DNA of 59,702 nucleotides from an uncultured Fibrobacter sp. (GTDB lineage Bacteria; Fibrobacterota; Chitinivibrionia; Chitinivibrionales; Chitinispirillaceae): NCBI GenBank assembly GCA_964472925.1, contig CAYYNL010000002.1, positions 1 to 59,702 of the forward strand, read 5' to 3'. Shown piece by piece: positions 56,073 to 59,702 of this stretch (position 1 is its first letter; each line of letters starts with the position of its first letter). The notes under the pieces were generated by a model. It saw only the letters and a program-made list of their open reading frames with translations, ran no database searches and was not told where the DNA came from. The position numbers and the translations under genes were made by a program.

Positions 56073-57047
56073 ATGAATTTCGAACAGCTTACACCGGATC
56101 AGATGCTTAATGCTGTTGAAGAAGCGACCGGAACACTTTTCACCGGTTTTACCGCTCAGTTACCAAGTTATATAAACCGGGTATATGAATTCAGAACCAG
56201 CGATGGAACCAGGCTGATTGCTAAATTTTACCGCCCGGGCCGCTGGAGCAAAGATGCAATTTTAGATGAACATACATTTCTTCAGGACCTTTTTGAAGCA
56301 GAACTGCCAGTTATCACTCCCCTGAGACTCTCAAATGGAGAAACTCTGGGAATTCATGAGGGAATTCACTTTGCCATTTTCCCTAAAAAGTCAGGAAGAC
56401 AGTTGGAAATAAACAGCTTTGAGGATTGGCTCAGACTCGGAACTCTCGTAGCTCGCATCCATAATGTTGGTGCATCACACGCTGCAAAATCCCGGATTGT
56501 GCTCTCACCGGACCAATCTACCCTTAATGATCTGGATTTTCTGAAAAAAATCATCCCTTCTCCATACAACAGCAGTTATCAGAAGTTAGGAAAAGAATTG
56601 ATCGATCTCTGCACTCCCCTTTTTGACCACACTAAAAATATCAGAATACATGGAGACTTACATATCGGTAACATTCTTAACAGAATGGAAGAAGGACTGC
56701 TGATAATCGATTTCGATGATATGGTCATGGGACCACCAGTACAAGATCTCTGGCTTTTACTTCCAGACAGACTGGAGAAATCCAGGGAAGAGGTGGCTCT
56801 TTTTATCGAAGGATATGAACAGTTCAGAGATTTTGACTTCAAATCCTTACGGTTAATCGAACCACTAAGAGCCATGCGGATGATCTACTTCTTAGGATGG
56901 TGCAGCAGACAGCTTAATGATCATCAGTTCAAGAAAAACTTCTCAGACTGGGGAACTGACTCTTTCTGGAAAAAAGAGATAAACGACCTTAATGAGCAGA
57001 TGATGTTTGTAAGAGAAGCCCTGGAAAGCGACATCTGCTTATCTTGA
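56073..57047 (+). CDS. srkA: stress-response Ser/Thr kinase SrkA/RdoA (YihE family)
   Basis: FEQLTPDQMLNAVEEA ... SYINRVYEFRTSDGTRLIAKFYRPGRWS ... HGDLHIGNIL ... IIDFDD closely follows E. coli YihE/SrkA. Confidence 0.85.
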   Translation: MNFEQLTPDQMLNAVEEATGTLFTGFTAQLPSYINRVYEFRTSDGTRLIAKFYRPGRWSKDAILDEHTFLQDLFEAELPVITPLRLSNGETLGIHEGIHFAIFPKKSGRQLEINSFEDWLRLGTLVARIHNVGASHAAKSRIVLSPDQSTLNDLDFLKKIIPSPYNSSYQKLGKELIDLCTPLFDHTKNIRIHGDLHIGNILNRMEEGLLIIDFDDMVMGPPVQDLWLLLPDRLEKSREEVALFIEGYEQFRDFDFKSLRLIEPLRAMRMIYFLGWCSRQLNDHQFKKNFSDWGTDSFWKKEINDLNEQMMFVREALESDICLS

Positions 57048-58181
57048 TTCGTTTGGCCCATTTTTTTCTATATATTTGTATCAGTTTGCTGTGAACAATA
57101 GTTCGGTTCTCACATAAAAGAGTCCACAATCTGTTTTTTAAAGGAATGTAATAATGGAATTTATTTTAATTAGCCCGAAAGCCTCAAAAAAACGCCAAAT
57201 GGAAAAAAACTCTGACTCTGAATCCAAAACCGATACAATCTCAGTATGCTCCAATGCCTTAATAGTAGGGAATCAGGTCAATCATTTTGATATTAAGAAC
57301 TGCACTCCCAAGGCAATTTACAATTAATTTTCCTTTTTTCTATAGCAACATCGTATTTCTCAGCAGGAGGAACTGTCCCCATGCCATGTTCCTCTTTATA
57401 AGAAGATTCGTGTCATCCCTGTTCCTTCTTCATCATTTGTTTTTCCCTTAAACCACTATTTTACAGTTAACACTAATCACATTAATAAGTAATAGAGCAT
57501 ACTTCTGTTTAACCCCTTAGGTTCTCCTTTGGCTGTCATTGCGAACCCGTTTTAGGATTTTCTGGTTAGGCATGCGCCCTTTATTGGTTACAGCTAGCCA
57601 TTCAGCAAGTAAGTCAGAATGCGATCGGATTTGCCTTCTATATTAAATCATCTCTTTTTTTTGAAGCCATATCGAAAGATCAGACCAGATAAAAACAACA
57701 AAATATATGCTCTGAAACTATCTGAAATGGTCGCGTTGCTTATGAAGGATAAAAAAACAACAAAATTCACAATTATAAAAATGACCATTTAATCCGCATT
57801 AATTATCTTTAAACTGTAATTAGCTTTCTGTAAATCAATTCAAACAGTCAGATAACTTGATAAGTATCGGCAATTTAAAATAGAAGAATACCTGAAATAT
57901 ACACCGATATTTAAATGATTTTGTCCTGATACAGCGCGAATGCATTCACCCAAGGGCCAGAAGTTGGTGTTCTACAGCCTTTTTTAATCACCTTCGGCCA
58001 TATAGTATAGAAAGAGTATACTTAAGAGCAGAAAAAGCGTCTTCCGGAAATATTTACCAAATCCTGGATACAAGTTTACCACTATCCCATGATCGAATTG
58101 ATCCATGTACGGTAGAAGGAGTTGACGCGCCCGATAAAACGGGAACTGGCTTGAGTTTCACGATAACAAAGCGGTGAAAAG

Positions 58182-58320
58182 CAGTCAAGAACTACCGCCA
58201 CAGGCGGTAGTTCTTGACGAAGCAGCAAAGCCGCTAAAGCAAGAAGGCACGATAGTGCCTTTATGAGACATCTGGCTCCACTGGCTTAACCAGTGGTTTC
58301 CTGAAAGCCAGAAATGAAAA
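58182..58320. repeat. copy B of the ~139-nt structured intergenic repeat (candidate ncRNA / 5' leader of the PAAR gene)
   Basis: Same-orientation copy of 18794-18931. Perfect 16-bp hairpin at 58184-58218 (GTCAAGAACTACCGCC-ACA-GGCGGTAGTTCTTGAC), an AAGGCAC-GATA-GTGCCTT hairpin, and CTGGCT[CCACTGG-CTTAA-CCAGTGG]TTTCCTGAAAGCCAG. Confidence 0.6.
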
Positions 58321-58501
58321 ACCAGAATATTGCCACAGTTTTTCTCGTTTGATTTGTTTTCATCAGTCCTGTATGGAAGGTTGACCTTGAGATGAAGTAC
58401 TAAGAATCGGTTTTAAGATCTGGCATTTTCTGTTTACACGTACAGCCCTTAAATCAGAAAAACAAAACGGAAACGATAGAAAAGTGGGGAGGTAATAACA
58501 A

Positions 58502-59702
58502 ATGGGAAAACCGGCAGCACGAATGGGAAATTTGACAAGTCATGGCGGAACCATAGTAACAGGCTCTTCCAATGTATTTTTCAATGGAATGCCCGCCGCA
58601 AACGCACTATCAAAACATGTTTGCCCGATGGTCACACCCGGAACGCCGCCTGTTCCACATGTTGGCATGCTTGCAGTGCCTAAGGGTGCATTGACAGTTC
58701 TTATCAACGGAGTACCAGCAATTGTATCGGGTGATATGTTTCTCTGCATGGGCCCTCCTGCCACAGTCGTTCTTGGAAGTTTTAATATACTTATCGGTAT
58801 GAACGGAAACGGAGGGAATGGAGGAGGTGGCAGTAGTGCAAGCCAGATGGCAATGGTATGTGCATTACAGACAGGCAAAATATCACCAGTTAAGGGAACC
58901 GAAACCTACCCGATAGACATTCAGTCGGCTGCATTGGTCATGCAGAAATACCACACACCAGAACAATTTGAGCTTGACCTGAAACTTCTTGATTCAATGG
59001 CAAAGCAACGGTTACAGGCAGAGAAAGGACAAAACGAGCGGGTCAAAATAACACTCAAGGACTTTGTCGAGATATTTGAAGAAATTGAAAGAGAACAGGG
59101 TTATGAAGCAGCCCGTCACTATTCATCGGTTTACATCAACTATGACCGTCTGATGGCAATCGCTAAATCGTTTACAGATGGCCTCGACACCAACCCGGAC
59201 AATGACCCTAATATCATGCCGACAAGGTTCATGCTTCTTTATGGAGCAGATGATTCAAAGCTCAGGGTAATTGACAATCATCCGGATAATTTTGAAAATG
59301 CGCCTGAACATGAAATCAACATTACAAACCTGCGCAAAGGCTTGCGATTTCTGGGCTACAATATAGATGAGAACGGGCCCTATGATGACAAACTGTGGAT
59401 GGCTCATGCACAATACATGAATCGTTTGGTCGGATGGCATTCGAAGACAGGATCTAAACACATTGTAGAAGAAGGCGAAAGCCTTGGTGCAATCGCACGT
59501 GTGTACGGTCTGCCAACTTGGAAATACCTTTATCAAATCAACAAGGAAAAAATCGGTGATAACCCCGATTTACTGGAAAAAGGGATCGAACTGCAAATAC
59601 CACAATGGAACAGTACATCGGGTAACAAAAAAATAACTGAAAAAGGCGCGGATCCTGCCTATTATGCGCATGGAAGCCGGTATAGGTATCCGTGGGTACC
59701 AT
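58502..59702 (+). CDS. PAAR domain protein with C-terminal extension (Gly-rich linker, PG-binding-like segment, LysM); 3'-partial, likely specialised T6SS effector
   Basis: Not in the ORF track because it has no stop. Frame is open from ATG 58502 (GGGGAGG 7 nt upstream) to the window end (400 codons). PAAR repeats: PAARMGNLTSHGG, GMPAANALSKHVCP, GVPAIVSGDMFLC. LysM: HIVEEGESLGAIARVYGLPTWKYLYQINK...GIELQIP. Confidence 0.85.
   Translation, partial: MGKPAARMGNLTSHGGTIVTGSSNVFFNGMPAANALSKHVCPMVTPGTPPVPHVGMLAVPKGALTVLINGVPAIVSGDMFLCMGPPATVVLGSFNILIGMNGNGGNGGGGSSASQMAMVCALQTGKISPVKGTETYPIDIQSAALVMQKYHTPEQFELDLKLLDSMAKQRLQAEKGQNERVKITLKDFVEIFEEIEREQGYEAARHYSSVYINYDRLMAIAKSFTDGLDTNPDNDPNIMPTRFMLLYGADDSKLRVIDNHPDNFENAPEHEINITNLRKGLRFLGYNIDENGPYDDKLWMAHAQYMNRLVGWHSKTGSKHIVEEGESLGAIARVYGLPTWKYLYQINKEKIGDNPDLLEKGIELQIPQWNSTSGNKKITEKGADPAYYAHGSRYRYPWVP

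Noticed and set aside
57154-57327. 57-codon ORF in the srkA-PAAR gap
   Set aside because: No ribosome-binding site, no recognisable motif, low-complexity Ser/Lys content, and below the length where chance ORFs are rare in this composition.
58196-58240. Resemblance of the repeat to a c-di-GMP-I (GEMM-I) riboswitch, through the CACAGG and GCAAAGCC strings
   Set aside because: Only two short strings match. Here CACAGG is the loop of a 16-bp perfect hairpin, and the tetraloop-receptor two-hairpin GEMM-I architecture cannot be drawn. A covariance-model scan would settle it.
18794-58320. The two 139-nt direct repeats as attL/attR of a ~39-kb integrated island
   Set aside because: The copies are only roughly 85-90% identical, whereas att duplications are normally identical. 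No integrase is present. The interval is full of core genes (nrdDG, pilMNOPQ, gpmI, tol-pal).
58540-58878. 112-aa Pro-rich minus-strand ORF in the ORF track
   Set aside because: It lies entirely antisense to the well-supported PAAR coding frame. Its odd composition (PPPPFPPFPF) is the mirror of the Gly-rich linker, so it is a shadow ORF.

Overview
AT-rich chromosomal segment from a diderm, probably anaerobic bacterium; I cannot place the phylum from sequence alone. Most of the window is ordinary: a glycolipid/acyltransferase operon, greA, two glycosyltransferases, a NUDIX hydrolase, a Dus-family enzyme, a TolC-MFP-RND efflux operon, a eukaryote-type UDP-glucose pyrophosphorylase, class III anaerobic ribonucleotide reductase nrdDG, a type IV pilus pilM-N-O-(P-like)-Q operon with neighbouring PilZ and HDOD genes, a GpgS-like glycosyltransferase with gpmI, a radical SAM enzyme, a complete Tol-Pal operon and an SrkA/RdoA-type kinase. 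The stand-out region is 38.1-51.3 kb. It holds a compact, visibly more AT-rich type VI secretion locus, tssA-tssB-tssC-hcp-tssE-tssF-tssG-tssM. No tssJ, tssK, tssL, vgrG or clpV is recognisable anywhere in the window. The TssM homologue lacks the usual N-terminal transmembrane hairpin. A divergently transcribed gene fuses a cytoplasmic FHA domain through one TM helix to a periplasmic MltD-type lytic transglycosylase. About 7 kb further on, at the window edge, an open-ended ORF missing from the ORF track encodes a PAAR domain fused to a Gly-rich linker, a PG-binding-like segment and a LysM domain, a likely specialised T6SS effector. A ~139-nt multi-hairpin element occurs twice in direct orientation, at 18.8 kb and at 58.2 kb just upstream of the PAAR gene, and may be an undescribed ncRNA or leader. 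All product calls rest on motif recognition by eye; no database search was run.
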